64,000 nucleotides of DNA from Corallochytrium limacisporum Hawaii (taxonomy: Eukaryota; Protista; Pluriformea): positions 131,035 to 195,034 of the forward strand of contig PDIP01000026.1 in NCBI GenBank assembly GCA_002811645.1, read 5' to 3'. Numbering within the stretch: position 1 is the stretch's first letter; each line of letters opens with the position of its first letter. Of this stretch, positions 11,426 to 22,497 are shown piece after piece. The notes under the pieces were generated by a model that was given only the letters and a program-made list of their open reading frames with translations, had not been told where the DNA came from and ran no database searches. A program made the position numbers and the translations under genes.

Positions 11426-11533
11426 TTTTGGCGCGCTTCCTGTCACGAAGTTTCCCTCTTAAAATAGACCCCCGTTTGCTCTTTCTCCGTTTCAAAGGGA
11501 GCTAAAGAAGTTGCCCGGCGCCCGTTTTTTGAA
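11426..11533. promoter_or_regulatory. E2F site plus CHR-like elements in the divergent RTTN/NEK promoter
   Basis: TTTTGGCGCGC at 11426-11436, TTCAAA at 11491-11496 and TTTGAA at 11528-11533, with three CCGTT (Myb-like) cores between 11472 and 11526. Confidence 0.5.
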
Positions 11534-12015
11534 ATTCGGCGCCCGGTAGTGGAACTACCGCAATCTGGGAGGGAACCGCAATAGTCTCCAAACTGAGACT
11601 CAGTTCCGAGTGGGTACACTGAACCTACCGACCGCAGGCGGCGGAGGCCTCGGTCGCCGAGACTCGCCGATGGGCCAAAACCTCCCAAAAATGGAAAAGA
11701 CACTGACCTCTTTCGGGGGAGAAATGGTCCCGTGGGCCGTCGGGCAGGGCCCTACCTGCTAAACTGGTTGCTCCGATTGCGCAGGTAGGAAAGGGCTGCA
11801 GACGGACACATGATGGCAGATACCGGATCTGGAACGCCTATTTAATAGAGATAAGTCGACTAGTAAGTTTCAAAGGGCAGGTGTTTTGGGAAGATATGCA
11901 AAGGCTGTTGACCAGGGTGGGAGCTAAGGTGGGTTAGATCGAATGCTCTGCTGTCACGGAATTCTCTAATCAGAAGCCGGGCGCACAATCACGCACTGCC
12001 ATCGACGAAGGATAG

Positions 12016-13650
12016 ATGTATAAGCCTTCAGAACCTAAGGGTCCTGTGATCATTAAGCAGCACATACATGTTGCCATTGAAGAACAACGTGCTCACGTGC
12101 GCAAGGAACAAGAGTTCGTAAGAAGACGACAGCAGCGAGAGCTGCAGCAGCAAAGGGAGGAGGAGGAAGCTGGGATCCAAAGACATATTGAGCAGAAAAG
12201 GCCCAATCTTCCAGGCTGCGGCGCCCAACCCCCGGACACAAAATATCGCTTAGTTCACAGGTCAAGTAGCCACAAATCAACACAGCAACGCAAATGTATA
12301 GACGGCGATCAACGCTATCAAATCCTGGACGAGATCGGAGATGGTGCGTTTGGGAAAGTGTTCAAGGTCAGGTATGACCCGAAAGATGGTCACCCTCCAG
12401 ATATTGTCGCGGTCAAGAAAATTAACGTAGCCTCTATGACGCGAGAGGAGAGGTCCAGAGTTCTCTTGGAGGGCAAAATTTTGTCGGTGATGAAACATCC
12501 CTTCATAATTCGATTTCGAAGCATGTTCTACAGCCAGGACAAACAGAGCTTGTATCTCTGCATGGAGTTAGCTCCCGGGGGAGATATATGGTCAGCGATC
12601 CGCCAACGACGACGAGAGCTCCGCGCAGGCAAGGAGACTTACTTCGATGAGGGGCATGTCAAGCAATGGATGATTCAATTGGGCTTGGGGCTTGAATTCG
12701 TGCATTCGCTCAAAGTGCTTCATCGTGATATCAAGACACAAAATGTTTTTATCAACTCCAAAGGGATAGCGAAGATTGGCGACTTTGGCATTTCCACCGT
12801 CCTGTCAAATACGAAAGATCTTGCTTGCACGGTTGTTGGCACTCCATACTATCTTTCGCCTGAGCTCTGCGAGAGAAAGTCTTACAGCTTTGCTACTGAT
12901 ATTTGGTCCATGGGTTGTGTTTTCTATGAAATGATGAGCCTCAAACATGCGTTCTCAGCGCGGGACATTAAGCATCTCTTGGTTCAGATCCTCACGGGAA
13001 AGTATCCACCATTGCCCCATTTCTACAGTCGTCAACTGCGTGAAGTGGTCTATTCCATGCTGGCCATGGATCAAGCAGAGCGACCAAGCATCCGGGCTGT
13101 TTGTAAGCGACTGGTGCTCAGAACAGAGCTGCTGGCCAATATAACCTCACAAAAGCAGCACCAGAGAATCATGCAGACCCCAGACGATGGCAAGGCCAAT
13201 CCAAAATATACTCCTGACGATCGCGAGCTTGTCGGGGAAAGACTCCGGAAACCAAGTTACCAACCAAAAGAACCGCAAGACCTTGACATAAGTGAACCGG
13301 ACAATGTCCAAAGGGCATTCCTAGACCAGAAGCTGCCTGAAGACATTGTGGACTTGCTTGAAATGGTGTGCACCAAGATGGGACAGAAAAGCCCATCGGA
13401 TGCTACCGTCGGGCCTGGTAGTCTTTTCGGTCACATTGAAAACATCAGATTGTTACTGGAACGTCGCATTGGCATGTACAACATGATGTATCGATACAAA
13501 GCTCTTTCGCAAGGTCACATACAAGAGTGTGACAAATGGTATCCTTCGCACCTGAGACCGTATGACTTGCTTATTGTCCAGCTTATTAGATGCGAGCTGC
13601 GGCTATACTCAGGCTTCAACAGGAAAAAGATCATCATGCACGAGTACTAA
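12016..13650 (+). CDS. NIMA-related kinase, NEK1/NEK11-like
   Basis: Kinase motifs GDGAFG, VAVKK, HRDIKTQNVF, GDFGIS and VGTPYYLSPE (NEK-typical). The C-terminal SLFGHIENIRLLLERRIG resembles the NEK1 C-terminal helix. Confidence 0.9.
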   Translation: MYKPSEPKGPVIIKQHIHVAIEEQRAHVRKEQEFVRRRQQRELQQQREEEEAGIQRHIEQKRPNLPGCGAQPPDTKYRLVHRSSSHKSTQQRKCIDGDQRYQILDEIGDGAFGKVFKVRYDPKDGHPPDIVAVKKINVASMTREERSRVLLEGKILSVMKHPFIIRFRSMFYSQDKQSLYLCMELAPGGDIWSAIRQRRRELRAGKETYFDEGHVKQWMIQLGLGLEFVHSLKVLHRDIKTQNVFINSKGIAKIGDFGISTVLSNTKDLACTVVGTPYYLSPELCERKSYSFATDIWSMGCVFYEMMSLKHAFSARDIKHLLVQILTGKYPPLPHFYSRQLREVVYSMLAMDQAERPSIRAVCKRLVLRTELLANITSQKQHQRIMQTPDDGKANPKYTPDDRELVGERLRKPSYQPKEPQDLDISEPDNVQRAFLDQKLPEDIVDLLEMVCTKMGQKSPSDATVGPGSLFGHIENIRLLLERRIGMYNMMYRYKALSQGHIQECDKWYPSHLRPYDLLIVQLIRCELRLYSGFNRKKIIMHEY

Positions 13651-13673
13651 ACCAGGTAACAATATGTCCTCCA

Positions 13674-15389
13674 TTAGTCTATTGTCGCGAGCAGAAACTC
13701 CGATGTGCTGTTGATAGGATCGAAGAACTCGTCCTCGATCATTTCCACTTCTGCATCTTTCTCCTCGAGATGTCGCAGCGTAGATCGAATGTTCATGGTT
13801 AAGAAGTCTTCACCAGTGAGATCCGGAGTAAGTGATCTCAGGAAGTTCTCCAAGCAAAGTTTCAAGCCCAGGTTGATAAAATAAGGACGACATTCTACCT
13901 GAACAGACATCTTTTGAAGCAAGACACAGAGCCTCTCTTTAACGCGCTTGGTATCAAAGGACATATCGTTGATAATGTCCTTGATACTACTGAAGAAGAT
14001 TTCTGACGCCACAGCACTAACCAATGACTTCAACCAAGGTCCATTGGGCGTCAACAGCAGAAGGACCTCGCATGCATGAGGAAGAACTTGCTTGTGTTGC
14101 TTTGTGTGAATCATTTCAATGACGATCTGATGGCCGCGGAGTGCAACAAACATTTGCTTCAATTCTGGATTGTCAAGGTACTGTACAAGGTTCTTGAGCG
14201 CAAAAATTTGCTGCTCCACTACGCTAGAGGTGATCAGAATTGCCACACTGGTGAGAACGACATTGCGCTCGGCCTCGCCCGTTGAATGTAATGTAGTATC
14301 CGAAATCTGGTACACATCATTGTTAAGGATCTGCGTATGTAGTAAATCAGCCAGCCGCCTTGATGTCGCCGGTAGCAGACGTGAACGGACATTGTCCTTC
14401 TCTGAATCGCCCGCACGACCTTCAAGTAGCAAGAGCGAAGAGATTGTAAATTGTAGGGGCATCTGGCAATCCAATTCAGGTACCTTCGCACTCAATCGCA
14501 GGAGCTCGACTACACCTGGGAGAACCTGGGCGGCATGTTTCTGATGGCCATGCATTTCTTCTTGCATTTCCTGTGGTCCAATTACAGCCTCAAGCTCCAT
14601 CTGAATATCATTCATCCACGCGCACATAGCAGAGAAGCTCTTCCCCAGTGCGATGACGGCTGCCTTAGAAGAGCAGGAGCTTCCGCACTTTGGGGCGGCC
14701 TGTTCCTCTTTCTCAGCTGTTGGAGCCGTCGTTGTACTCTGTTGTGAGATCTCTCTAGTAAGCGACTCCAGTCTCCGGCTTTGCGATGAATTGAGATGTC
14801 GTAGAGCACGCACCTTAGAAGTGAGCTCCTCTTTTGCCCGCCTGAGCTGAGCAATCTCATCCTGCAAGTTCATATGGTTCTGTCTCATCTGCATATAGAT
14901 TTCACGGGCCCGCTTTTCATCACGTGCCTGCTCGTTGGCTTTATCTTTGGCACGCGAGAGCTCCTTATTGAGGGCATCGATTTCTCTATTCTTCTGACGC
15001 AAAAGACTGCTCTTTTCTGCCTCAGACTGGGCCCGCAATCGATCAGTCTTCCGCTTAACATCTTGCTCAATGGCCTCAATCCGTTCTTGGACTTGCTGAA
15101 GGTGCCCGCCAACAGATACGCCCGCTGTTTCAATGGCGGCTTCAAATTCCACTTCCCGGCGCTGTACTTCCGCTTCCCGTACGGTCACCTTGTACAGCCG
15201 TTCCTCTAATTGACTCTTAAGTGCAAGAGTTTCATCTAAGGCAAGTGCCAGACGGTGCTGTGCAGCTTCTTCTTCTATCACATCACCGAGATCCTCGTAT
15301 GCAAGGGGCTCCTGTCCCTCTGTGTCACTTTCGAGGTCGTCATTCCTAAGCATTCGACCCTCGTGTACATGAACGCTGGCGGTTGCCAT
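13674..15389 (-). CDS. CCDC138: Coiled-coil domain-containing protein 138-like (centriolar satellite-associated family)
   Basis: N-terminal coiled coil followed by an ARM-like C-terminus with CCDC138-like motifs (ATSRRLAD, ERLCVLLQKMS, FLTMNIRSTLRHL). Confidence 0.7.
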   Translation of the reverse strand: MATASVHVHEGRMLRNDDLESDTEGQEPLAYEDLGDVIEEEAAQHRLALALDETLALKSQLEERLYKVTVREAEVQRREVEFEAAIETAGVSVGGHLQQVQERIEAIEQDVKRKTDRLRAQSEAEKSSLLRQKNREIDALNKELSRAKDKANEQARDEKRAREIYMQMRQNHMNLQDEIAQLRRAKEELTSKVRALRHLNSSQSRRLESLTREISQQSTTTAPTAEKEEQAAPKCGSSCSSKAAVIALGKSFSAMCAWMNDIQMELEAVIGPQEMQEEMHGHQKHAAQVLPGVVELLRLSAKVPELDCQMPLQFTISSLLLLEGRAGDSEKDNVRSRLLPATSRRLADLLHTQILNNDVYQISDTTLHSTGEAERNVVLTSVAILITSSVVEQQIFALKNLVQYLDNPELKQMFVALRGHQIVIEMIHTKQHKQVLPHACEVLLLLTPNGPWLKSLVSAVASEIFFSSIKDIINDMSFDTKRVKERLCVLLQKMSVQVECRPYFINLGLKLCLENFLRSLTPDLTGEDFLTMNIRSTLRHLEEKDAEVEMIEDEFFDPINSTSEFLLATID

Positions 15390-15739
15390 TGCGCGAGGTT
15401 TATTTCCAACTCGTCTGCAACTATCGTCTTCTGATAACTACATCAGGTCGGAAATTTCCTCCGCCATATCATTTTATCCTACCAAGTGCCACCCTAGGAT
15501 CAGAGAGTGCGCCCTTCATGAGGTGGTCCGCCCTGCTCTCTTCTATACCTCGAGCGAAGTCACCATCTGGCAGAGCCTGCCGAAGGGCTCTCAGCACTGG
15601 GCGAACGTACGGACGGGGGACAGTAGGGAAGTGGGTCCGCGTAGGAGTCACGGCCTGCCAGAACGTCATATTTTGGGCACTTGGAATTTGCAGGGTGGGG
15701 AATTCATTTGCGGGGTTCCGGTTTTGCATGGTTATATTT

Positions 15740-15883
15740 TTTGGCGCGCCATTTTCATTTCTCTGCGCGGTCGCCAGCCTCGCGGACCGGCCAGAGGTCG
15801 CTGGGTGTTGGGAGGGCGGGTTCGTTTCCCTACACGGGCTTTCCAAGGGTATTTGAGGGATCCTTTGCGTATGAGAATTTGAA
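15740..15883. promoter_or_regulatory. Near-palindromic E2F site and CHR-like element in the divergent CCDC138/giant coiled-coil promoter
   Basis: TTTGGCGCGCCA at 15740-15751 and TTTGAA at 15878-15883. Confidence 0.5.
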
Positions 15884-16029
15884 GCCGGTGTGTAATATCT
15901 CTCAACCAGCCGACTTCGACGGCCTGCAGTAGTATGAATATCAACAGCTTTAATGAATAAATTCGAATAACAGACACGAACTAATGATGTGATCACTGCC
16001 GGGAGGAAATGAACTAGTTTCCAACAAAG

Positions 16030-19000
16030 ATGGCTGAAGGAGCGCGTACAATATCCTTCACGGAAGTCCGGCCGGGTCGGACGTATAGACGGCTCATTAC
16101 TATCACAAACGAGTCACGGTCTCAAGAATTGAAGAATTTACGGGTTCTTGTGGCAAATGGCACTGATCGACTGTTGCTGCGATCACCCGACCAGACCATC
16201 AGTACTGCGAACTCCAGTGAACCTATCAACGTAGATCCACTTAGAACTGTGACATTTTCAGTGGTTCTCAGGGAGCTGAATGACAATGACGTTGCGCTGT
16301 TGAAACAGTTGGGACCAAGACACCGGGATCTTTTACTTATTGAGGATGAGGAACACAAATTGCAGGAAGCGATATATGTCAATATTGCCGTTGCTGATAA
16401 TCTTTCAAGCGTGTCCTCGGCGTCCGAGACCGCCTTTGGGGTGAAAGACCGGTCTGGTTCAACTGAGTTCCAAGCTGAAACGAACGACGAAATTTTGATT
16501 AACCTGTCGGCAGATCACGGTACGAGCATCGCTGGAGAAGGCGAAGGCACAGAACACGACCTCACTGAGTCGAATCCGATGAGTTCGTTGGAACCTACAG
16601 AACCAGGAAGAACAGGGAAACCGATTCTTGGACCCGGCAGGCAAGTACCGCGACTAGAAATTAGGTCGCCATTGACGGCTTCCATGGCGGCCAGCAAGGT
16701 GGCATCTCGGTCACATGTCTCTTCCGGATCACTGCAGGAGAAAGTGGCGGGCAAATCAGTGTCTTTGGAACCGAGGCCGGTACCAACCTTAGAGAGAACC
16801 CAAGGCGGTTCAGCTAGAATTCCACAGCCGACACTGCTCACATCTCCCCCAGCATTCATCCCGGGTATTGATAAATATGCTGTGGATGAGACAAATGAGG
16901 ATAACCGCCAGACGCAGGAGCAGATTGTCAATGAGCTGACTAGGACGAACCGAAGTTTGCTCAATCAAAACAGCCTTTTGGAGGAACAGCTTTCTGAAGT
17001 TCAAGGGCAGTTGAGAAGTCTTATTGAAGAACAAACGGAGGAAGGACGACAGCATTCTATTAATGGGCGATCTCTTGAAGAAACGAAAGCCCAGCTTTCC
17101 AGGTCCAGAGCTGAGGTACGAAAGCTACGGGAAGACGTGGATGATCTCAAGATTGAGTTACAAAAGATGCGTAGTGTTGAAGAAAGCTTAGCAACACAAA
17201 AGGAAGCACTTATAGCGGATAATGAGAATCTGTCTCTTCAAGTTGTCCGATTGCGTAAGCAGAAGGCAGATGCAGAACTCCAGATCTCTACACTCCATGA
17301 GACCCAGAGAGAGCTTGAGAGAGCAAACACACGTATCGAGACTTTGAAGAAGGACAACACAGAGATTGGCGCAACTGCCTCATCCACGCAGCTGAATTTG
17401 GAAGATGCCTTATCTGCATTGAAACAGCGAGATGCCCAAGTGGAGAGCCTTGGTCACATATTGAACGAGGCTAGGTCCGCTGCGGCAGTTAATGAGCAGA
17501 AAATCAAAAATCTGAAGGCAAATTATATGATGCGCCTGAGATCAGAGCGTGCAGCAGTGGACAAGCTAGGATTGGAATTGAGTCATGCTCAACGGCGGGA
17601 ACGTGAGCTACTGATGAAGCAACAAATTCATGAACTAGAGAACGCAGTGCCAACTGTGTCAAATCTCAGAGGTCCATCTGGTCAAGAACGATCAACACGG
17701 CCGCAGAGACATGTTGCAGTCAGTGTTCAACAAGACGCTCCTGAGATACCGTCTTTTGTAGTTGACGATACGTCTTTCAGAACACCAGTATCGCCGTCGC
17801 GCGGGGATCAAGAGAATGCGACTTCAACCCCAATTAGACGATCAACTGAGAGGAGAACAGAAGACTCCGTTGTTGCCGAACCTGTTTTCCCAACCCATGA
17901 AGAGGAATCGAATACGGAGTCTTCGCATACTCAAAACTCAGTCCGGATCATGGATCTTGAAAGACAGGTGGCATCACTGGAGGCACAGCTTCAACAGGCG
18001 CGACGTGACGCATTACTACAGGTCACGGAACATAATGGTGAAATTCGGGGCATCAGAGAACACTTCGAGAAGACCAATCAGGCCATGCGTGAGGCCTTTT
18101 CACGTCAAATTAGTTCATGGCAGGCACGCCACTTTGATCAGAGTAGAATAGCAACAGCTCAAAAGAAGCAATTGGACGCGCTTGGACGATCCCTGCAGGT
18201 CACGCGAAACGATTTAGGCCACCTTCGCTCTCAGGTGTCAGAAGCTAATGCACAGAACAGTATCCTCTTCGACACGATGGAGACTCTGTCTGGATGCCGA
18301 ACGACTGAAGAACGAGAGGCTGTGTTGCTGCGAAGCTTCCAGGCTGTCATGATTTCTGCAAAGAATCTTGAAGATGTTGTGCAAAAGTTAGGTAGTCCGC
18401 ATGATCAAGGTGAAGCTGCAGATATTGCCGAAACGCGGGTATTACCCGAGGAAAGCGAAGGCATGTCACAGGCTGTCCAGGAATATGAACGCGAGATTAA
18501 GGCCCTCAGAGAACAGCTCGAGGCTCAGGAAACAGCGAACCTTCACACATGTATCGAAAAGCTAGATGTTGCTTTGAATGCTGATAGCCACATTGCGGAA
18601 CTGAAGGCTCTTGAAGCTCGATGTGCTGCGCTTCAAAGCATGGTCAGTAAGAAAGACGAGGACTTCGATGCAAGCCTTGGTGAGGTGCATCAGCGATTTG
18701 CACATGATCTGAATACCATTCAGGTCAGCATTGAGAGTGTGCACAATGAAAGTGCACATAATATGGGTCAGGCCGGCCAGGCGGCCTTCAAGCAGATAGT
18801 GACACTTGTAACTTCCGTGCGCGATTCTCTAATGAGTGGAAAGCCTGACTCACGGAACGTACAAGTTCTCCTCAGTCGTGCACTGCAGTGTGCGCATAAG
18901 GGCGGTGCGTGGAGTTCGCGAGCCCAGCGAAGACTGTCCGGGGCCGAAGAGATCATCCGACAGGTTTGCCAAACTCTGGCAAGTCGTGAACAGACAGTTC

Positions 19001-22000
19001 TGCGGACCACTTCCCAGCTTCGTGCTGCAGAGCTCGAGTTGGCATGGCATCGTGACCAACGACCTTCGCTTCTGTTCTTGAGACGTGGAGAAGCCAACAA
19101 GGTGATCGATACAATGTTCGCCCAACGCGCCCGCGACAGAGACCTGATGAATGAGCAGCAGCGTACTATTACTGCAATGCAACAACAATTGCGACAGATG
19201 GAGGATGGCAAAGGTCACATGGAGACCGCAACCAAAACATTGAAATCGAAATTCGAAGCAGTGAGCGAGGACATGTTGAATCGATTGGAAGAGTTGGCAC
19301 AGGAGATTGCCCGAAAATGGGAACGAGAAGCTGCTCAAAGCTTGACACAAGAGACGCTTCAGAATTTGATAGAGAAGGATGATGAAAACGCCGGGGTGAT
19401 TCGAGCTGATGCTACACTGCTTGCCCTCGCCACCTCTCGAGTGTCTGAGGCCATCCTCACCACTGGTAACACGTACCTGAAGGAATTGGTGCTCGACGCA
19501 AAATATCTTCTAAAGGACTGGCAAACTATTAACCGACAAACCCTGCCCCTTCGTCTAGATGACACAGCTGCCTCTGAGAGTTTGTCGCACGTCATCAACA
19601 CAGACGTATTGCGTGCTTCTGAAGCCCACGAGCGCTCTGTTGCTCTTGAGATGCAAGCGCTGGACCAGGAGAAGGAACTTGCAGCAGTGCGACAAGAACT
19701 ACAGGGATTACAATCACTACAGGAAGTGGTTCAGATACGAACAGGTGACAAGGAAGTGATCACCGAGCATCTATCAGAGTTCCTCAATGCAGATATCGCA
19801 GCCATGACCCGGGAAAGACGAGAGTTGCTGCACCGGGTGCAGCAGTATGAGATAGCGGAGAGTGAGATGAAGGCAGCTCTTGCAGAGAACGATCGCAATC
19901 AGGAAGCGGCAACAACCCGTATTAGCTCATTGCAAACACAGCTGGCAAGAGCGACAAGTTCACTCGCTCTCGCTGAGGAGTCTCGTGTGGAAGTCGAGAA
20001 GAAATTCGAAGACATTCAAGCCGATGCCAATCGTGCTCGTTTGTACCAAGAGAAACTGGAGATTTCTGAGAGACGGGCGCGAGAACTGGACCTTTTGGTG
20101 GTGGATCTTCAGGAGCAACTTAAGAATGAAAAGGATGATCATTATCATCTTGCGCAAATTGCCGCACAGTTGGAAGAGGCGAATGATCCCCAGCTGGGCA
20201 TGGAGCCTGAGGCTGCGAGTGAGAGCGCGCGTCTGGTCCAGCTTCAACAGGAGCTTAAGCAGTCGCGAATGCGTGAGATTCATGTAAATTCACAGCTACA
20301 ACGTGTGCTGGAGGACCTCAGTGATGCGAAAGTCAGTCCCGAACCTGGCAATAAGCCAGGTCGGCTGACTGATGATAAACAGATTTGCACAATTCAGACG
20401 CTCGAGAGCCAGATAGCCAGGCTCAGGGCAGAACTGGCCAATATGCGGCAATGGAAGGTACGAGCCCAGGAGTACCAAGCTCAGACCCGTGCCTCAATGC
20501 AAGAAGCTACTCGGACAGCTCAAAGACTCCGAGAGGCGGAACGTGATTACAATAGCAAGCTGCTGCAATGGCAAAGTTTATCTGAACACGTCGCCGATGT
20601 CTTCGCTCAGCAGTCAACCATTGAAGATCAGGATCACTATGACCGTATCGGACGCATCATTGACGAGCATAACCGAGGAGGTGTCCTTTTGCAGGAGCTA
20701 AATGTTCTCCCTGGAGCTCAGGCATCAGCTCACGTACCGCAGATGAAGGAAAATTTGGCAGAACTGGAAAGCAAAGTGCAGGATACCTTCTCCAAACTGA
20801 CAGACATCATTCCCAACGGCTTGTACGACCAGTTGACTTCTTGCTTGTCCCGTGCCAAGTGGATCGGCGAGCGAGAACCTGGTGACCTTGCCCAGGATGA
20901 CGAGCTCACCCTCTTTGCTCTTGCAAATCGCACGGCAATGCTCAAACTATACGCTGACACTGCGAAACTGTGCTTGACGTCATTAGAGAAGAATCGGAGT
21001 TTGAGACATGTGCAGCAGGAAAACGTTAGCCCAAATCTTAAGCCAGGAAAAGCGCGCGGTAAAGGCAAAGGTAGATCTGGCTCAATGAAGCGGGCCGGCC
21101 TGGTCCGGGTGGATCGCACGCTACTCATTGATTTGCGAGCCACAATCTTGGTTCTCTTGCGCCTTGTGTATAGTCAAATGGCTGGAGCGCAGTCCATTCC
21201 CTTCGATGCCGCGCAGAAGGTGATACAGGAAGACCTCTACAGTATGCAAAAACTTCAACAGGACGCTACAAAGCAGCTAATGAGACGACCTCCGTCCCTG
21301 AGCACCTCAACATATTCCTTGTTCGGCAACCCTGCAGTTGCTCAACACCATGATGATACCGAGGTCAGAAGCGAACCACCAGCAGGTGGAGTCCAGCAGT
21401 CGGAGGCAGAGACCGAGGGCAGCATCAGGGAGATGGTTGACTGTGGTGTCCAAGTGGATTATCTCAGCGAACGAGAGAACGATCTGCTTCGGGACATTGA
21501 GGAACGAGATCAGAGGCTGGTCCAGGCCTCACGGTCCATCGAGGAATTACGCAACACTGCCACCGAGGCTGCAGATCAATCGGAAGCATTTCGCAGGCGC
21601 TTAGTTGCGGAGAAACAAGGCCGTGAGAATCTTGTTGCTCAGCTTTCAGATGCTCGTCGCTTACTCAAGGAGGCCCATGATAACAATACTGTCCTGGATT
21701 CCGAACTACATAAGGAATCAGAGCGTCGCAGAAGAGCCGTGCAGGACAGCAAGACCAAGGAAGAGCTCATTGGCCATCTTCGTCAAAAGCTGGCCAGTGT
21801 TGAAAAGCAGGTGAATCCTTTGAGGGATGATGTCAATGCGCTTGCAAAGCAGAACGAATCATTTCGAGTCGAACTGGAGCGTCGAGAGAAGAGCATGAAA
21901 GACATGCGGGCGCGTCTGGAGGTTCAGTCCTCACGAAAAACGGATGAAGAGGCCATAATCAAAGATTTAGAGAACAAGTCTCACCGCATCCAGCAGCTCC

Positions 22001-22497
22001 TACTGCAAGTGGAGCAGGACGAGAAGGAAAAGAAGCAACTGCGGCTCCGGGTTAGAGATGAACAAGAAAGAGTTCGCAAGCTTCAGGAGGAGGCCGAGAA
22101 CGTGGGATTCTATATTGCACCTCCACGGCAGCTCCTCTTCATGCTGCGCCAGTTTGGTAACACGATTTTTGATGTTGCTGTACAGGGGATGAGGGAAAGG
22201 GGAGACACTACACTTTCTTCCGAGGTCACAGACGAGGGTCTGCAGCTTACAATGATGTCCATTGCTCACGATATGTTAGACATGGGAAGCATGGACTTTG
22301 CTACCTTCATGTCTTCTGATGAAGGTACGGAACACATGCAAGCGCTTGCCATGCAAGTGCCAGAGCTTGCCAGCCTGTACAACGTGATCCAGGAAGTCTT
22401 AGCACACGCCTTGCATCCGTCTGGGGACAGTTCTTTGCTGGACGCTTTCAAGGACCTCAACACTGTCATGCGGACCGCGCTCATGCCATCAGCCTGA
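16030..22497 (+). CDS. Giant coiled-coil protein (2155 aa) with an N-terminal ASH/Ig-like domain; possibly centlein-like centrosomal protein
   Basis: N-terminal beta-rich segment ISFTEVRPGRTYRRLITITN has an ASH-domain pattern, followed by long heptad E/Q/L/R-rich stretches. The tail SIAHDMLDMGSMDFATFM is loosely like the centlein C-terminus. The CDS is confident; the family is not. Confidence 0.6.
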   Translation: MAEGARTISFTEVRPGRTYRRLITITNESRSQELKNLRVLVANGTDRLLLRSPDQTISTANSSEPINVDPLRTVTFSVVLRELNDNDVALLKQLGPRHRDLLLIEDEEHKLQEAIYVNIAVADNLSSVSSASETAFGVKDRSGSTEFQAETNDEILINLSADHGTSIAGEGEGTEHDLTESNPMSSLEPTEPGRTGKPILGPGRQVPRLEIRSPLTASMAASKVASRSHVSSGSLQEKVAGKSVSLEPRPVPTLERTQGGSARIPQPTLLTSPPAFIPGIDKYAVDETNEDNRQTQEQIVNELTRTNRSLLNQNSLLEEQLSEVQGQLRSLIEEQTEEGRQHSINGRSLEETKAQLSRSRAEVRKLREDVDDLKIELQKMRSVEESLATQKEALIADNENLSLQVVRLRKQKADAELQISTLHETQRELERANTRIETLKKDNTEIGATASSTQLNLEDALSALKQRDAQVESLGHILNEARSAAAVNEQKIKNLKANYMMRLRSERAAVDKLGLELSHAQRRERELLMKQQIHELENAVPTVSNLRGPSGQERSTRPQRHVAVSVQQDAPEIPSFVVDDTSFRTPVSPSRGDQENATSTPIRRSTERRTEDSVVAEPVFPTHEEESNTESSHTQNSVRIMDLERQVASLEAQLQQARRDALLQVTEHNGEIRGIREHFEKTNQAMREAFSRQISSWQARHFDQSRIATAQKKQLDALGRSLQVTRNDLGHLRSQVSEANAQNSILFDTMETLSGCRTTEEREAVLLRSFQAVMISAKNLEDVVQKLGSPHDQGEAADIAETRVLPEESEGMSQAVQEYEREIKALREQLEAQETANLHTCIEKLDVALNADSHIAELKALEARCAALQSMVSKKDEDFDASLGEVHQRFAHDLNTIQVSIESVHNESAHNMGQAGQAAFKQIVTLVTSVRDSLMSGKPDSRNVQVLLSRALQCAHKGGAWSSRAQRRLSGAEEIIRQVCQTLASREQTVLRTTSQLRAAELELAWHRDQRPSLLFLRRGEANKVIDTMFAQRARDRDLMNEQQRTITAMQQQLRQMEDGKGHMETATKTLKSKFEAVSEDMLNRLEELAQEIARKWEREAAQSLTQETLQNLIEKDDENAGVIRADATLLALATSRVSEAILTTGNTYLKELVLDAKYLLKDWQTINRQTLPLRLDDTAASESLSHVINTDVLRASEAHERSVALEMQALDQEKELAAVRQELQGLQSLQEVVQIRTGDKEVITEHLSEFLNADIAAMTRERRELLHRVQQYEIAESEMKAALAENDRNQEAATTRISSLQTQLARATSSLALAEESRVEVEKKFEDIQADANRARLYQEKLEISERRARELDLLVVDLQEQLKNEKDDHYHLAQIAAQLEEANDPQLGMEPEAASESARLVQLQQELKQSRMREIHVNSQLQRVLEDLSDAKVSPEPGNKPGRLTDDKQICTIQTLESQIARLRAELANMRQWKVRAQEYQAQTRASMQEATRTAQRLREAERDYNSKLLQWQSLSEHVADVFAQQSTIEDQDHYDRIGRIIDEHNRGGVLLQELNVLPGAQASAHVPQMKENLAELESKVQDTFSKLTDIIPNGLYDQLTSCLSRAKWIGEREPGDLAQDDELTLFALANRTAMLKLYADTAKLCLTSLEKNRSLRHVQQENVSPNLKPGKARGKGKGRSGSMKRAGLVRVDRTLLIDLRATILVLLRLVYSQMAGAQSIPFDAAQKVIQEDLYSMQKLQQDATKQLMRRPPSLSTSTYSLFGNPAVAQHHDDTEVRSEPPAGGVQQSEAETEGSIREMVDCGVQVDYLSERENDLLRDIEERDQRLVQASRSIEELRNTATEAADQSEAFRRRLVAEKQGRENLVAQLSDARRLLKEAHDNNTVLDSELHKESERRRRAVQDSKTKEELIGHLRQKLASVEKQVNPLRDDVNALAKQNESFRVELERREKSMKDMRARLEVQSSRKTDEEAIIKDLENKSHRIQQLLLQVEQDEKEKKQLRLRVRDEQERVRKLQEEAENVGFYIAPPRQLLFMLRQFGNTIFDVAVQGMRERGDTTLSSEVTDEGLQLTMMSIAHDMLDMGSMDFATFMSSDEGTEHMQALAMQVPELASLYNVIQEVLAHALHPSGDSSLLDAFKDLNTVMRTALMPSA

